From: Candidatus Hydrogenedentota bacterium
GTDB lineage: Bacteria > Hydrogenedentota > Hydrogenedentia > Hydrogenedentales > SLHB01
Reading direction: 5' to 3'
DNA length: 64,000 nucleotides
NCBI GenBank assembly: GCA_016215105.1
Contig: JACRLJ010000052.1
Span: 3,847 to 67,846 of the forward strand
In this document: positions 1 to 9,831 of the stretch, piece after piece
Layout of the letters: every line of letters begins with the position of its first letter
Numbering within the stretch: position 1 is the stretch's first letter
Translations under genes and position numbers: made by a program
The notes under the pieces: model-generated
Database searches by the model: none
What the model saw: only the letters and a program-made list of their open reading frames with translations
What the model was told of the DNA's origin: nothing

Positions 1-175
1 CGCAACGGGCTCCGCAACGTGTCATTCTGACCGAAGGGAAGAATCTGCCACCAACGTGCAAGCGCCGCGACCTCTCCGCCCGCAACTCCATAACGTGTCA
101 CTCTCAGCCCCCTTCATACTCCCTCCCGCCCTACTCATATCATATCTCGTAGAATCCGTCTTATTTTCTATTCCC

Positions 176-203
176 AAATCTGTGAAAATCTGTGTAATCT
201 GTG
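176..203. repeat. Short tandem repeat (AATCTGTG x3)
   Basis: aaatctgtg-aaaatctgtg-taatctgtg seen directly in intergenic DNA. Confidence 0.6.
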
Positions 204-791
204 GATACAATATTTTCCACTAACAAGGTCCTATTTTGTCAACTAAACAACCCTCGTTTCACCCCTCCACCCCCTCCCTCCCGCTCCAACAATCTCACTT
301 CGGTCCCAATTCTGTCAGGTGATTTACCCTCGTCTCGCCAATCTCCCCCCTTCTCCCCCGTCAGCCCCGGTCCCACTCCGGCCGGCCAGTTCATCCTCGA
401 GCGGCGGTCCCGACCCTCGTTCCACTCCCTGTTCAGCGCCCGAAACCGAAACACTTTGGCCATAGATATGGAGGGTTGTTTGCGGACCTGTCCCCGGAGA
501 GGCGGTTCATGTGACTTATTATTGGACGTCGTCAGACCGCAACGGTCTGTCCGGTTCCGGGAAGAAGGAGTAGGCGGAAGTATGCGCGGCACTTGCAGAA
601 CAATGCGGCGAAGTACAATAGTAACGCGCTGGAAACCATGGGGATAATCACCAGCGAGCAAGCCAGCAAGGTCGTTGACAACGAGCAGTGCAGGAGCCTG
701 CGCAAGTCCATGACCAAAGGTGGCTACGACGTGAAACAGCAAACCGGAAAGTGAACCACGCGGCCGCGCCGGGTCCGCACGACGGGGTGAT

Positions 792-1760
792 ATGCGCGCA
801 GAATCAGACGCCGAGATCGTAAGCCGAACGCTTGCAGGGAACCGTCACGCGTTCGAGGCGCTGATTCTGCGCTACAACCGTATGGCGTACGCGGTGGCCT
901 TCGCGCGCGTGGGAAATCACCAGGATGCGGAAGACGCGGTACAGGAGAGTTGGATTCAGGCGTTCACCACGCTGGACCGCTTGCGCGAGCGTGATCGCTT
1001 TGCCGCATGGCTGGCGAGCATCGTGCGCAACGTTAGCCTCAATGCGACACGGAACAGGTGGCGGAGGACGTCGCTCGACGACGTTGGAGGGGACTTGATG
1101 GTAGATTACCGAAAACCCATGGAGGATGCCGACGTTCACCGCGCTCTGTGGACCCACGTCGAGGCGATGTCGCCGGAGCACCGCGAAGTGCTGACGCTGC
1201 ATTACCACGCGGGGATGAGCACGGAAGAAATCGCGGAGTGGTCGGGTGTGCCGCGGGAGGCGGTAAAGAAGCGTTTGCAGCGCGCGCGGACAACCTTGAG
1301 CGAGCAGACACTGAAGACCCTCTTCGAACCGGCTGAACGCGAGGAAGAGGACCGGCGCAAGCGCGTCATGGCGGCCTTGCTTATTCTGCCCTTGGACTGG
1401 CGCGTGTCCCCGATCGCGGCGTCGCACCGGCTAACAGCATCGAAGCCGAAGACGATCCAGTTCCTTGGGAGAGAGTGGACGCGTACGGAATGGCTCAAGG
1501 CCGGCCTTGGCCTGGCCGTCGGCGCCGTGCTGCTGTGGTGCATCGTCACATGGCTATCCGTTCCCCGGCCCGAGCCAATAGCTACCCCACAGGCGCGGCC
1601 CGTCACGCAATCATCGAACATCCAGATCAATTCCACCGGCGGAAAAGGCGGGCCCGTAGCGCCCCCCGCGCAATCCAAACCTACCCCGGGCACGGGCAAG
1701 GGTAGCCCGGCGCCACCCGCGCAAGATAGCGCGACGAAGGGACAAAAGGTCGGTAAGTAG
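792..1760 (+). CDS. ECF sigma-70 factor with C-terminal extension (one TM helix and a Pro-rich tail)
   Basis: Region 2 (DAEDAVQESWIQAF..FAAWLASIVRN) and region 4 (REVLTLHYHAGMSTEEIAE..VKKRLQRAR); hydrophobic LGLAVGAVLLWCIVTWL. Confidence 0.9.
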   Translation: MRAESDAEIVSRTLAGNRHAFEALILRYNRMAYAVAFARVGNHQDAEDAVQESWIQAFTTLDRLRERDRFAAWLASIVRNVSLNATRNRWRRTSLDDVGGDLMVDYRKPMEDADVHRALWTHVEAMSPEHREVLTLHYHAGMSTEEIAEWSGVPREAVKKRLQRARTTLSEQTLKTLFEPAEREEEDRRKRVMAALLILPLDWRVSPIAASHRLTASKPKTIQFLGREWTRTEWLKAGLGLAVGAVLLWCIVTWLSVPRPEPIATPQARPVTQSSNIQINSTGGKGGPVAPPAQSKPTPGTGKGSPAPPAQDSATKGQKVGK

Positions 1761-1806
1761 CGGACTGACGAGCGCGTTGAAAGTCCGAAGTCATTCCAAC
1801 TCCGCA

Positions 1807-1835
1807 TTGACGCCACGGGCGCATTGGCCTAGACT
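1807..1835 (+). promoter_or_regulatory. Putative sigma-70 promoter
   Basis: TTGACG-17nt-TAGACT upstream of the 1966 CDS. Confidence 0.4.
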
Positions 1836-1965
1836 GAGGGAGTGGCTCAATTACAGCGCGTGAATACGCATTCGTGGTTGTTACGCTTGCAGTAGATCGT
1901 CGGACCAACCAGTGGTTTCGCCATATCAAACCTGGTGGTACTCCGGTTACAAAAGGGGAATGAAG

Positions 1966-4680
1966 ATGAAAGATCCTCCTGCAACATTCGCCACCCTAAT
2001 CGTTACTCTCGTGATACTTGTTTCGCCGGCGGCGTATTCCGAGGCGAAGATCGTGGGCCTCATGTTCACCGAAGATACTACCTTGGGCCAAGCCCCGCTG
2101 ACCGTCACGTTCTCCGACACGACTATCATAAGCGGCTTACCCGCGACGGGCCGGTCGTGGGACTTCGGTGACGGAAGCCCAACGGACAGCGCCCAAAATC
2201 CATCGCACACGTACTCGACCCCAGGCATCTATTCGGTTACGCTGACCGTCACGCAAGACGGAACTCCCTATTCGACGACGGCGCCCAATCTCATCCATGT
2301 GGGCGATACCAATCACTCCCCGGCGGGTCCTGTGGACTTGACCAACGCCGTTGTCGTGACGCGCTCGGGTGTTTTGCCCAAGGCAGAACAGAAGGCGCCC
2401 GTTGTGCTTAAGGAGGAAATCCAGAAGCGTACCGGTATTTCGTGGAGCGTCACGACGACCTGGCCGTCCTCCGGGACGGTAATTGCGCTTGTTCCTCAAT
2501 CGAACACCGGCATAGGCGCAGAGGGCTATCATCTCTTCGTCGAGGAGGGCGGCCCGGGCCCAGCCGTGGTTTGGGTGATCGGGGCCGACGCGCGCGGGGT
2601 GCTGTATGGAGCGGGCAAGTTGCTGCGCAGCGTGGATTGGGCCACGGGTTCGGTATCGCTGCCACAAGCGCCGAATGTGACGAGTGCACCGGCGTATCCC
2701 CTGCGTGGTCACCAGATTAGCTATACCAACACGTCAAACACCTGCGACGGATGGACCAAGGCCGATTACGAACAATACATCCGCGAGCTGATCATCTTTG
2801 GCGCGAACGCCATCGAGAATTCCCCCCTCGACACGTCGTTCAGCCTGCACTTTACCGTGCCACAGGCGCAGATGAATCACGATATCAGCAGCATTTGTGA
2901 TGACTATGGGATTGCCTATTGGGTCTGGACTCCGGTGGGCTTTGACCTCAATGACACCACGGCCCGGAGCCAATTACTTTCGACACACTTGGCGTTGTAC
3001 CAGAATTGCGTTCGATTGGACGCAGTATTTGTCCCCGGCGGCGACCCGGGCAGCAATCCGCCCGACTTACTACTTCCATTTATCCACGACCTGCACAATC
3101 AATTGGTGGGTGTTCATCCCAATGCGGGGGTATGGGTATCAAACCAGCAATTCAGCGCCGCGTCCAACACCACATTCTTCAACTACCTCCAGACTCAACA
3201 GCCCGATTGGATAGCCGGCGTCGTGTATGGACCCTGGACGTGGATGACGCTGGAGGAAGAACGCAGCCGCACGCCCAGTAAGTATCCCGTTCGCCATTAC
3301 GCCGATATTACGCACAGTGTTCGCTGCCAGTACCCTGTGCCCGAATGGGACCGTGCGCTGGCGCACACGTTGAACCGCGAAGCGCCCAATCCCCGGCCAT
3401 TCGACGAAGCTGCGATTCACAACCGGTTTGCCTCATTGACGAACGGGTTCATCGCCTATTCTGAGGGATCTCACGACGACGTCAACAAAGACGTCTGGTT
3501 GATGCGTGGATGGGACCCGAGCATTGCGGTGGTGGGACCACTCGCGGCCAACACGAATGTGGACGCTGCATTTACGCACTGGACCCAGTTGGAATCGCAG
3601 AATCCTGGTCTGGCAACGAATTGGCGATGGCAGTTCCTGTTGCTTCGCGCGTATTACGACAAGTACATCAAAGAACGGTTGGCCAACGAGACAAGCCTCG
3701 AGACTCAGGCCACCGCTACGCTCGCCAACGCCCCGGCGCTCGGCGCCGATACCGCTATGGCCAATGCAGTGGCCATTCTCGCACAAGCGACGTCGGCGCC
3801 GGTTCGCACGGACCTTCGAACGCGCATCGCCGATCTGTGCGCGGCGCTGTTCACTTCCATCAAGTACCAAAGCAGCACGAGCGCGCCGTACTTCGCCAGT
3901 GGTCTTGAGAGAAGCTGTGTCCTGGACCTGGTGGACTGGCCGGTGAACAACCGGTATTTGTACGAAGCCGAGTGCGCCACGATAGCGGGCTTGTCCGGCG
4001 AGAGCGCGAAGCTGGCGGGGATTCAAGGTCTGATTCACCATGAAGACGCCGGCCCCGGCGGCTTCTACGACGATCTTGGCAATGCCTCGAAGCAGGCGCA
4101 TCTTGTGCAGCAGAACGCCTGGCAGGACGATCCTGGGTATGTCCAATCCACCCAAGACGAGTTCCTGTGGCATGCAGGAGCCACTACTGACCCTCTAAAG
4201 GGAGCGGCGCGTCTGTCGTGGCAGGATCAGGGTCAGACCCTGTACGGACAACCGCTGCAAATGCATTACACCGGTCTGGACCCACGCGTCGAATACACCG
4301 TAAGCGCGACCATCTTTGGCCGATTCAACAGCGTAGTCAACACCTCGGCGGATGGCGTCCTGCTTGGGTCCAATGGCTCGTCGACGCAAGCGCAGACCTA
4401 CACCGTTCCGGTATCGGCTACGGCAGACGCTGTGCTCGACCTCACTTGGGAACTGGTCAGCGGCCGGGGCTGCCAAGTGTCTGAAGTCTGGTTGAAGACC
4501 ACGGGGTATCAGCGCACGGACATCAATCAGGACCTGGCAGTCGACGCGGTGGACGTGCAACTGGTCATCAATGGGGCGCTACTGCTCGACATCGGCGGTC
4601 GAAACGCAGATGTGAATCGCGACGCGGACGTGAACGCGGTCGATGTGCAGCAGGTCATCAATCGCGCCCTGGGGCTCTGA
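1966..4680 (+). CDS. Secreted multidomain protein: PKD domain, GH20/GH67-like N-terminal domain, putative glycoside hydrolase core, dockerin-like C-terminus
   Basis: Signal peptide; PKD WDFGDG..NPSHTYSTPGIYSVTLTV; AEGYHL..IGADARGVLYGAGKLLR; duplicated DINQD..DAVDVQLVIN / DVNRD..NAVDVQQVIN; start chosen from RBS AAGGGGA. Confidence 0.75.
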   Translation: MKDPPATFATLIVTLVILVSPAAYSEAKIVGLMFTEDTTLGQAPLTVTFSDTTIISGLPATGRSWDFGDGSPTDSAQNPSHTYSTPGIYSVTLTVTQDGTPYSTTAPNLIHVGDTNHSPAGPVDLTNAVVVTRSGVLPKAEQKAPVVLKEEIQKRTGISWSVTTTWPSSGTVIALVPQSNTGIGAEGYHLFVEEGGPGPAVVWVIGADARGVLYGAGKLLRSVDWATGSVSLPQAPNVTSAPAYPLRGHQISYTNTSNTCDGWTKADYEQYIRELIIFGANAIENSPLDTSFSLHFTVPQAQMNHDISSICDDYGIAYWVWTPVGFDLNDTTARSQLLSTHLALYQNCVRLDAVFVPGGDPGSNPPDLLLPFIHDLHNQLVGVHPNAGVWVSNQQFSAASNTTFFNYLQTQQPDWIAGVVYGPWTWMTLEEERSRTPSKYPVRHYADITHSVRCQYPVPEWDRALAHTLNREAPNPRPFDEAAIHNRFASLTNGFIAYSEGSHDDVNKDVWLMRGWDPSIAVVGPLAANTNVDAAFTHWTQLESQNPGLATNWRWQFLLLRAYYDKYIKERLANETSLETQATATLANAPALGADTAMANAVAILAQATSAPVRTDLRTRIADLCAALFTSIKYQSSTSAPYFASGLERSCVLDLVDWPVNNRYLYEAECATIAGLSGESAKLAGIQGLIHHEDAGPGGFYDDLGNASKQAHLVQQNAWQDDPGYVQSTQDEFLWHAGATTDPLKGAARLSWQDQGQTLYGQPLQMHYTGLDPRVEYTVSATIFGRFNSVVNTSADGVLLGSNGSSTQAQTYTVPVSATADAVLDLTWELVSGRGCQVSEVWLKTTGYQRTDINQDLAVDAVDVQLVINGALLLDIGGRNADVNRDADVNAVDVQQVINRALGL

Positions 4681-4956
4681 GCGCTCGCGAGCGCGTCGAG
4701 TTGACGGTTAGTCGTATGGATTGCACCACGCGCTTCTCCACCGTCTTCCGATCTTGCCAAATCGGTATATACCTTTAAGCCCAAGCAGGCGCGAAAGTTC
4801 TGGCTGCTGAGTCATTTAATCGCAATGGGCGGCCCTTTCGAATGAACCAGCCTAAAGGGCGCATCAGGGAGGCATTCTCGGAAGATTTGCGCCTATTCCT
4901 GGTCATATTTGGACTATTTGCGATTCAGCGCGAAAACACGCGTGAGAAAAAACTTG

Positions 4957-5010
4957 TTGACATGAGCGGCGCGATCTGGTTAAATGTCCATATATTTGAT
5001 TCAAATATAT
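4957..5010 (+). promoter_or_regulatory. Sigma-70 promoter plus palindromic operator upstream of the GntR gene
   Basis: TTGACA (4957)-17nt-TTAAAT with extended -10 TG; perfect inverted repeat ATATATTTGA-T-TCAAATATAT at 4990-5010. Confidence 0.65.
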
Positions 5011-5038
5011 ATACCTTTAATAACCACAACGGGCCAAC

Positions 5039-6259
5039 ATGCTGAGCGAAACCACGAAAAAATCCCGTAACAACGCCAAACCGAAAACGCGAGATGGCAA
5101 AGCGCGATCTCCCATCTATCAGAAGATCAAGGACCGTCTTCGCGCCAGAATTGACTCGAACGAATTGGCTCCAGGCGCGCTGGTGCCTTCTGAGCGGGAT
5201 TTGGTTGTCGAGCTTAGAGTGAGCCGTGGCCAAGCTCGCCAAGCTCTGCGCGATTTGGAGATGGAGGGGTACATTGAGCGCTTCCCCGGCCGCGGATCGT
5301 TTGTGACGCCGGTTGAGCGGCGCCGCCCGGAAACCTACCGCCATCGGGAATCGCGCACCGTTATGCTCGCCTATCCGGTGCTGGCTCGGGATGCGAGCGC
5401 GTACATCCGCTCGATTGTAAAGGCCTTTGCGGAGAGTATCGAGGAGCATGATTACAGGCCGGTGTTCTATTACATCGACCAAAGCACGGGGGCGGCGCTT
5501 CGGCTTCTAGACCAGTTGGAGAAGGGCGAGCTTGCCGGGCTGGTACTATGGCCGCAGTTTCAGTCGGTCGAAGAGTGCGCCGCAGTCAAACGGGTAGGCG
5601 AGTCCTTATTCCCGTGCGTGCTGGTGGATCGCTATCTGCGTGGCGCGGAGAGCGACTTTGTCGGGAGCGCCAACCGTACTGGCTATGACAGCATCACCAT
5701 GGCCCTGATTGACCGGGGACATCGCGCCATTGCTTACATAAGCCGCGATTTCGTGGACACGGTTATGGAGGACCGGTACGCCGGTTATCAGAACGCGCTT
5801 GCTCGAGTGGGCATTGACATCGATGTTCGGCTGACCGGTGTACGGCACAAGGCGCCAAATCCCTCACTGAAGTACAACGGCGCCGATGATACTGCGGAAC
5901 TCCTACGGGCTATGTTCGCTGGAAATGTACAGCCGACGGCGATCCTGTGTTCAGACAACTGGACGGCGGCGCGCGTTGAGACGGAATTGGGCCGCTTGGG
6001 GATTCGGGTCCCGGAAGACATTACCCTCGCAGCCAATGACGACACGATCGATCCGGACGGGAGCGAACCGCGCCCGTGGCTGACCATCGCGCAAGACGGA
6101 CCGGAAATCGGACGGCAAGCAGCCCAACTCCTCCTGGCCCGGATTGCGGCGCCGGCAAAGGTGTACGAACAACGTTTTGTGCGCATGCGGTATCTCTTCG
6201 CGGAAAGCGGGAACGTCCAAAGGAACGAGCGCGAGGAGTATGCCGGAAAAGGGGGATGA
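5039..6259 (+). CDS. GntR-family HTH fused to a LacI-type sugar-binding domain (AraR-like regulator)
   Basis: PIYQKIKDRL..PSERDLVVELRVSRGQARQALRDLEMEGYIERFPGRGSFV; PCVLVDR, RGHRAIAY, PTAILCSDN, GIRVPEDITL. Confidence 0.9.
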   Translation: MLSETTKKSRNNAKPKTRDGKARSPIYQKIKDRLRARIDSNELAPGALVPSERDLVVELRVSRGQARQALRDLEMEGYIERFPGRGSFVTPVERRRPETYRHRESRTVMLAYPVLARDASAYIRSIVKAFAESIEEHDYRPVFYYIDQSTGAALRLLDQLEKGELAGLVLWPQFQSVEECAAVKRVGESLFPCVLVDRYLRGAESDFVGSANRTGYDSITMALIDRGHRAIAYISRDFVDTVMEDRYAGYQNALARVGIDIDVRLTGVRHKAPNPSLKYNGADDTAELLRAMFAGNVQPTAILCSDNWTAARVETELGRLGIRVPEDITLAANDDTIDPDGSEPRPWLTIAQDGPEIGRQAAQLLLARIAAPAKVYEQRFVRMRYLFAESGNVQRNEREEYAGKGG

Positions 6260-6542
6260 GATTCACGAACACATTTGATTCTCTGGAGCGTAGCGGCTCA
6301 GTCGCCCCTCGTCGAGGGATGCGGTTGTGGTATGGCGCCGCCCGCGGAGCCACCTGAAAGGAGGTAAATGACGGGGTTTGGGGTCTTGGGTGTCTCGTCA
6401 GGGCGCTCATCGATAATCGTAGTTGCTTAGTTCTCTGGATTTACATTGATCGAATCATTCCTTTCGTTGATGGCAAGTCCGTCCTTCGGCGCTGCGGCCA
6501 AAGGGAGTGGACCAACAAACAAAATCTACAAGGAGACTCGAT

Positions 6543-7586
6543 ATGAAACAGGGGAAGAAGGGCTTCACGCTCATCGAATTACTGGTCGTCATCGCCATTA
6601 TTGGCATCTTGGCGGCGATCCTTCTGCCGGCATTGGCGCGAGCGCGGGAAGCCGCGCGCCGGGCTTCCTGCCAGAACAATCTGAAGCAGTTTGGGCTGGT
6701 CTACAAGATGTTTGCAGGCGAACATAAGGACAAATGGGTATCCCGCGGCGCGCGGTATTACCGAAACTACAGCCCCTCGGCTACGAACCTCACTATGGAA
6801 ACCTCGTGCGACGTTCAGCAGTTGTACCCCGAGTATATGCCGGACCCGAATATCCTGTTTTGTCCGTCTTCCAGTGTGTATTCGGGCCTGACGATTGACG
6901 AATTGCGAGTATCCACCGGCAGTAGGGACGGGGTGTACAGGCTGGTAGGCACGGGTTGGCCGGCGGATTCCGCGGTAGGCGGGCTTACGCCCGTCCCGAT
7001 GACCAATGGCAACGTGTGTGATCCGGCGAAGTATCCGACCATCGATTATACGCGCAATTGTTTCTTCGCTTCGGGGAATTGGTCGTATAGCTACTACGGC
7101 GTCGCGGTTCCTGGGGAATGGGTCAATACGGCGTATAACATGGCCGTTGTTTTCAACGGACTTGGCAGCAAGACCACCGTACCGAATAGCACAGGCGCCA
7201 TCAATGGCGATCTTCCCGCGAACGGAACGCTGAGGTACTACTTTAAGCGCGACGATAGCATGACGGTGACACTGGATGAGGCCGCTCCGCATCGAACCGT
7301 AACCATCAATCGCCTGAGAGAGGGAATCGAGCGATTCATGATTACGGACATCAATAACCCCGCCGGGTCGGCGAGCGCCCAGTCAAGTCTTCCGGTAATG
7401 TGGGACAGTGTGTTCAACGACTTCGGAAAGATTAGCGTCAAGGCGTACAACCACGTGCCCGGCGGCTGCAACGTGCTGTTCATGGATGGTCACGTGGAAT
7501 TTGGCAAGTATTCGCAACCCGACGGGTCCAAGCTGTACATGCTGTCCATCGAAGCCGCGAAGGACGGCGACGACCGGACTCCGTAG
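6543..7586 (+). CDS. DUF1559 protein with prepilin N-terminal methylation site and H-X9-DG motif
   Basis: [45 protein letters not shown]; C-terminal [16 protein letters not shown]; RBS AGGAG. Confidence 0.92.
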   Translation: MKQGKKGFTLIELLVVIAIIGILAAILLPALARAREAARRASCQNNLKQFGLVYKMFAGEHKDKWVSRGARYYRNYSPSATNLTMETSCDVQQLYPEYMPDPNILFCPSSSVYSGLTIDELRVSTGSRDGVYRLVGTGWPADSAVGGLTPVPMTNGNVCDPAKYPTIDYTRNCFFASGNWSYSYYGVAVPGEWVNTAYNMAVVFNGLGSKTTVPNSTGAINGDLPANGTLRYYFKRDDSMTVTLDEAAPHRTVTINRLREGIERFMITDINNPAGSASAQSSLPVMWDSVFNDFGKISVKAYNHVPGGCNVLFMDGHVEFGKYSQPDGSKLYMLSIEAAKDGDDRTP

Positions 7587-7608
7587 GGCGGTCGAAGTGT
7601 GTTCATTC

Positions 7609-7643
7609 CATCGGTGGGGCCCTTGCAGAAGGGTCCCCCGATG
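7609..7643 (+). terminator. GC hairpin between DUF1559 and ankyrin genes
   Basis: CATCGG..GGGCCCTT / AAGGGTCCC..CCGATG imperfect stem; no U-tract. Confidence 0.35.
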
Positions 7644-7694
7644 TCTTGACGGCCAACAAGGAGCACCGTGTGGCTCGACAGTGGGAGTAGAATC

Positions 7695-8063
7695 ATGAAG
7701 TACGCATATCAGTTTGCCGTGTTGGCGCTGTTGGCCGTTGCCTCGGGTTGCGGCGCGGGCGGCGGCAAGAACGGCATGGACGCGACCGAACCCATCTACA
7801 AAGCCGCCCAGCAAGGAGACGCCGCCACTGTGGCGGCTGAGATACGCAGGGGCCGCTGCAAGATCAGTACTCCGGACGCGAAAGGGCGGACCTTGTTGCA
7901 TTACGCGGTTATCGGGAATCAGGCCGATCTGGTAAAGCGGCTGGTTGGAGACTATGGCGCCGACGTGGGCGCTAAGGACGCGGATGGCCGCAGTCCCATT
8001 AGCTACGCCGAGGAGGCCGGCAACAAGGAAATGGTTGAATTGTTACGCCGCGAGGGTGGCTGA
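7695..8063 (+). CDS. Ankyrin-repeat lipoprotein
   Basis: Lipobox ASGC; GRTLLHYAV..DLVKRLV..GADVGAKDADGRSPISYA. Confidence 0.85.
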   Translation: MKYAYQFAVLALLAVASGCGAGGGKNGMDATEPIYKAAQQGDAATVAAEIRRGRCKISTPDAKGRTLLHYAVIGNQADLVKRLVGDYGADVGAKDADGRSPISYAEEAGNKEMVELLRREGG

Positions 8064-8317
8064 CAAGCCCGATTCGGCTGTCGTGGCCTCGCCTATCGGC
8101 CCAGCGCCACACCGTCGGCAACAAGTCATACTGACGGTGATGGAGTAGTGGCTGGGCCGCATTGATATTCTATGGCGAGAGTCAATCGGCGTTCAGCTAC
8201 GACACCGGACGATGCGCCACGAGGCGTGACTTGCCGCGATTCCATGCGCGCAATCTAGGTACGGGCCTGACCATTCCTGGCAAATCTTGGATACCACATT
8301 TCAAGAAGGAGACTTTC

Positions 8318-9742
8318 ATGCTATTCGCAATAGGTGTGGCGGTAGGCGCGCTGACGATGCATACCCTGGACGGACGCGAGATCACGATGTCCAACTACGA
8401 ATCGCGCAAGGGCACGGTTATCGTCTTCATGTCAAGTCGATGTCCTGTGACACAAGAACAGATTGGGCGTCTTCTCCAGGTCCACAACACCTACAAGCGC
8501 GAGGAAGTGCTGTTCGTAGGTCTGTGCGCCAACGACGCAGAATCGCCGGAGGAGTTGAAGAGTTTTTGCCAACGCCGCGACGTGAACTTTCCCGTATACC
8601 GGGACCCCGGCGGCGCGATTGCCAAGAAATTCGGCGCCCGATTCACACCGCAGGCGTTCCTGCTCGACGCCAAAGGGGTTCTCATCCACCGAGGCGGTTT
8701 CGAGAACGAGGCGGCGGTGGAAGACATGAATTCGGCCATCTCCCAGTTTCTGGCAGGAAAGCCCGTGGCAGGACAATCGGGTAATCGACCTGGCACTCCC
8801 ATCAAAGCGGCGGGGACACCGTCCCCGGCTGAGGACCCTATCGAACCGTTGGCTTTCGCGTCGGAGATGGTCTTTGAGAAGGTTCCTTGGGCTGCTGACC
8901 ATCATTGTTCAACCATTGCGGAAGCTCCGAATGGTGACCTGCTCTGCGTATGGTTCGGGGGAAGCTTCGAGTGCGCGGACGACGAGGCGCTGTTTATATC
9001 TCGGCGCAAGCGCGGCGAACGGGCGTGGACCGCGCCAACCGTCTTGACCCGTGGCGAGTTCTTGAAACCGCCGGGAAACGCGGTGGTCTTCCGGGTCAAT
9101 CCCACGCGGATGATGGTCTATTACGATCGCATGGAAGAAGCGCGGCCCATTCGCAACGGTCGCTGGCGCGAAGGGAAGCTGATGCGAATGTACTCGGACG
9201 ACAGCGGGATGACGTGGAGCAAGGATGAGGACGCCGGCGTCAATATCGGCGGCCTGCGCAACGCGCCGTTCACGACCCAGGTGGGCGCCTTGATGCTTCC
9301 GATCAGTAATCCTTCCTGCTTTCTCGTGACCCGCGATGGTGGCGTGAGTTGGGAGCAGTCGGGGACTATGGACGGAGGCGGACAGCCGACAGTCATGCAG
9401 AGCGAATCGAAGGACAGCGGAAAGACGTGGACGCCCTCCCGTCCGACGACATTGCCGAATCCTGGAGCCGGTATGGCGATGTGTAAGCTGCGCAACGGTC
9501 ATCTCGTGTTCGTCTACAACTCCAATGCGGACGCGCGGACCCCATTATCGGTGGCCATCTCCAAGGATGACGGCGCCACGTGGAGCCGACCCGTACACCT
9601 CGAGTCCAATCCGGGCGAATACGCGTATCCGTGCGTCATCCAGACTTCCGACGACAAGATCCACGTTAGCTACACGTTCCTTCGACTCGTGATCAAGCAT
9701 GCCGAGTTTAGCGAGCGGTGGGCCACACTGTTATCGCCGTGA
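8318..9742 (+). CDS. Redoxin (AhpC/TSA-like) domain fused to a BNR-repeat sialidase-like (GH33-like) propeller
   Basis: FMSSRCP..NFPVYRDPGGAIAKKFGARFTPQAFLLD; Asp boxes SDDSGMTW, TRDGGVSW, SKDSGKTW, SKDDGATW; YAYP. Confidence 0.8.
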   Translation: MLFAIGVAVGALTMHTLDGREITMSNYESRKGTVIVFMSSRCPVTQEQIGRLLQVHNTYKREEVLFVGLCANDAESPEELKSFCQRRDVNFPVYRDPGGAIAKKFGARFTPQAFLLDAKGVLIHRGGFENEAAVEDMNSAISQFLAGKPVAGQSGNRPGTPIKAAGTPSPAEDPIEPLAFASEMVFEKVPWAADHHCSTIAEAPNGDLLCVWFGGSFECADDEALFISRRKRGERAWTAPTVLTRGEFLKPPGNAVVFRVNPTRMMVYYDRMEEARPIRNGRWREGKLMRMYSDDSGMTWSKDEDAGVNIGGLRNAPFTTQVGALMLPISNPSCFLVTRDGGVSWEQSGTMDGGGQPTVMQSESKDSGKTWTPSRPTTLPNPGAGMAMCKLRNGHLVFVYNSNADARTPLSVAISKDDGATWSRPVHLESNPGEYAYPCVIQTSDDKIHVSYTFLRLVIKHAEFSERWATLLSP

Positions 9743-9831
9743 GGATAGGTGAAACTCGACCCGAGTTCATCCGCAACTACACCGTAGTTCCTCTGACACA
9801 TTCCAGCGGCTGATCGAAACTATCGACGGCG

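Noticed and set aside
201-757. ORFs of 148 and 167 aa at the window start
   Set aside because: Low-complexity pyrimidine-rich sequence with no motifs; at most a degraded gene remnant near 560-755
1836-1945. tRNA-like or riboswitch leader (GGGAGTGGCTCAAT...)
   Set aside because: No T-loop GTTCRA or cloverleaf, and no riboswitch consensus I can support
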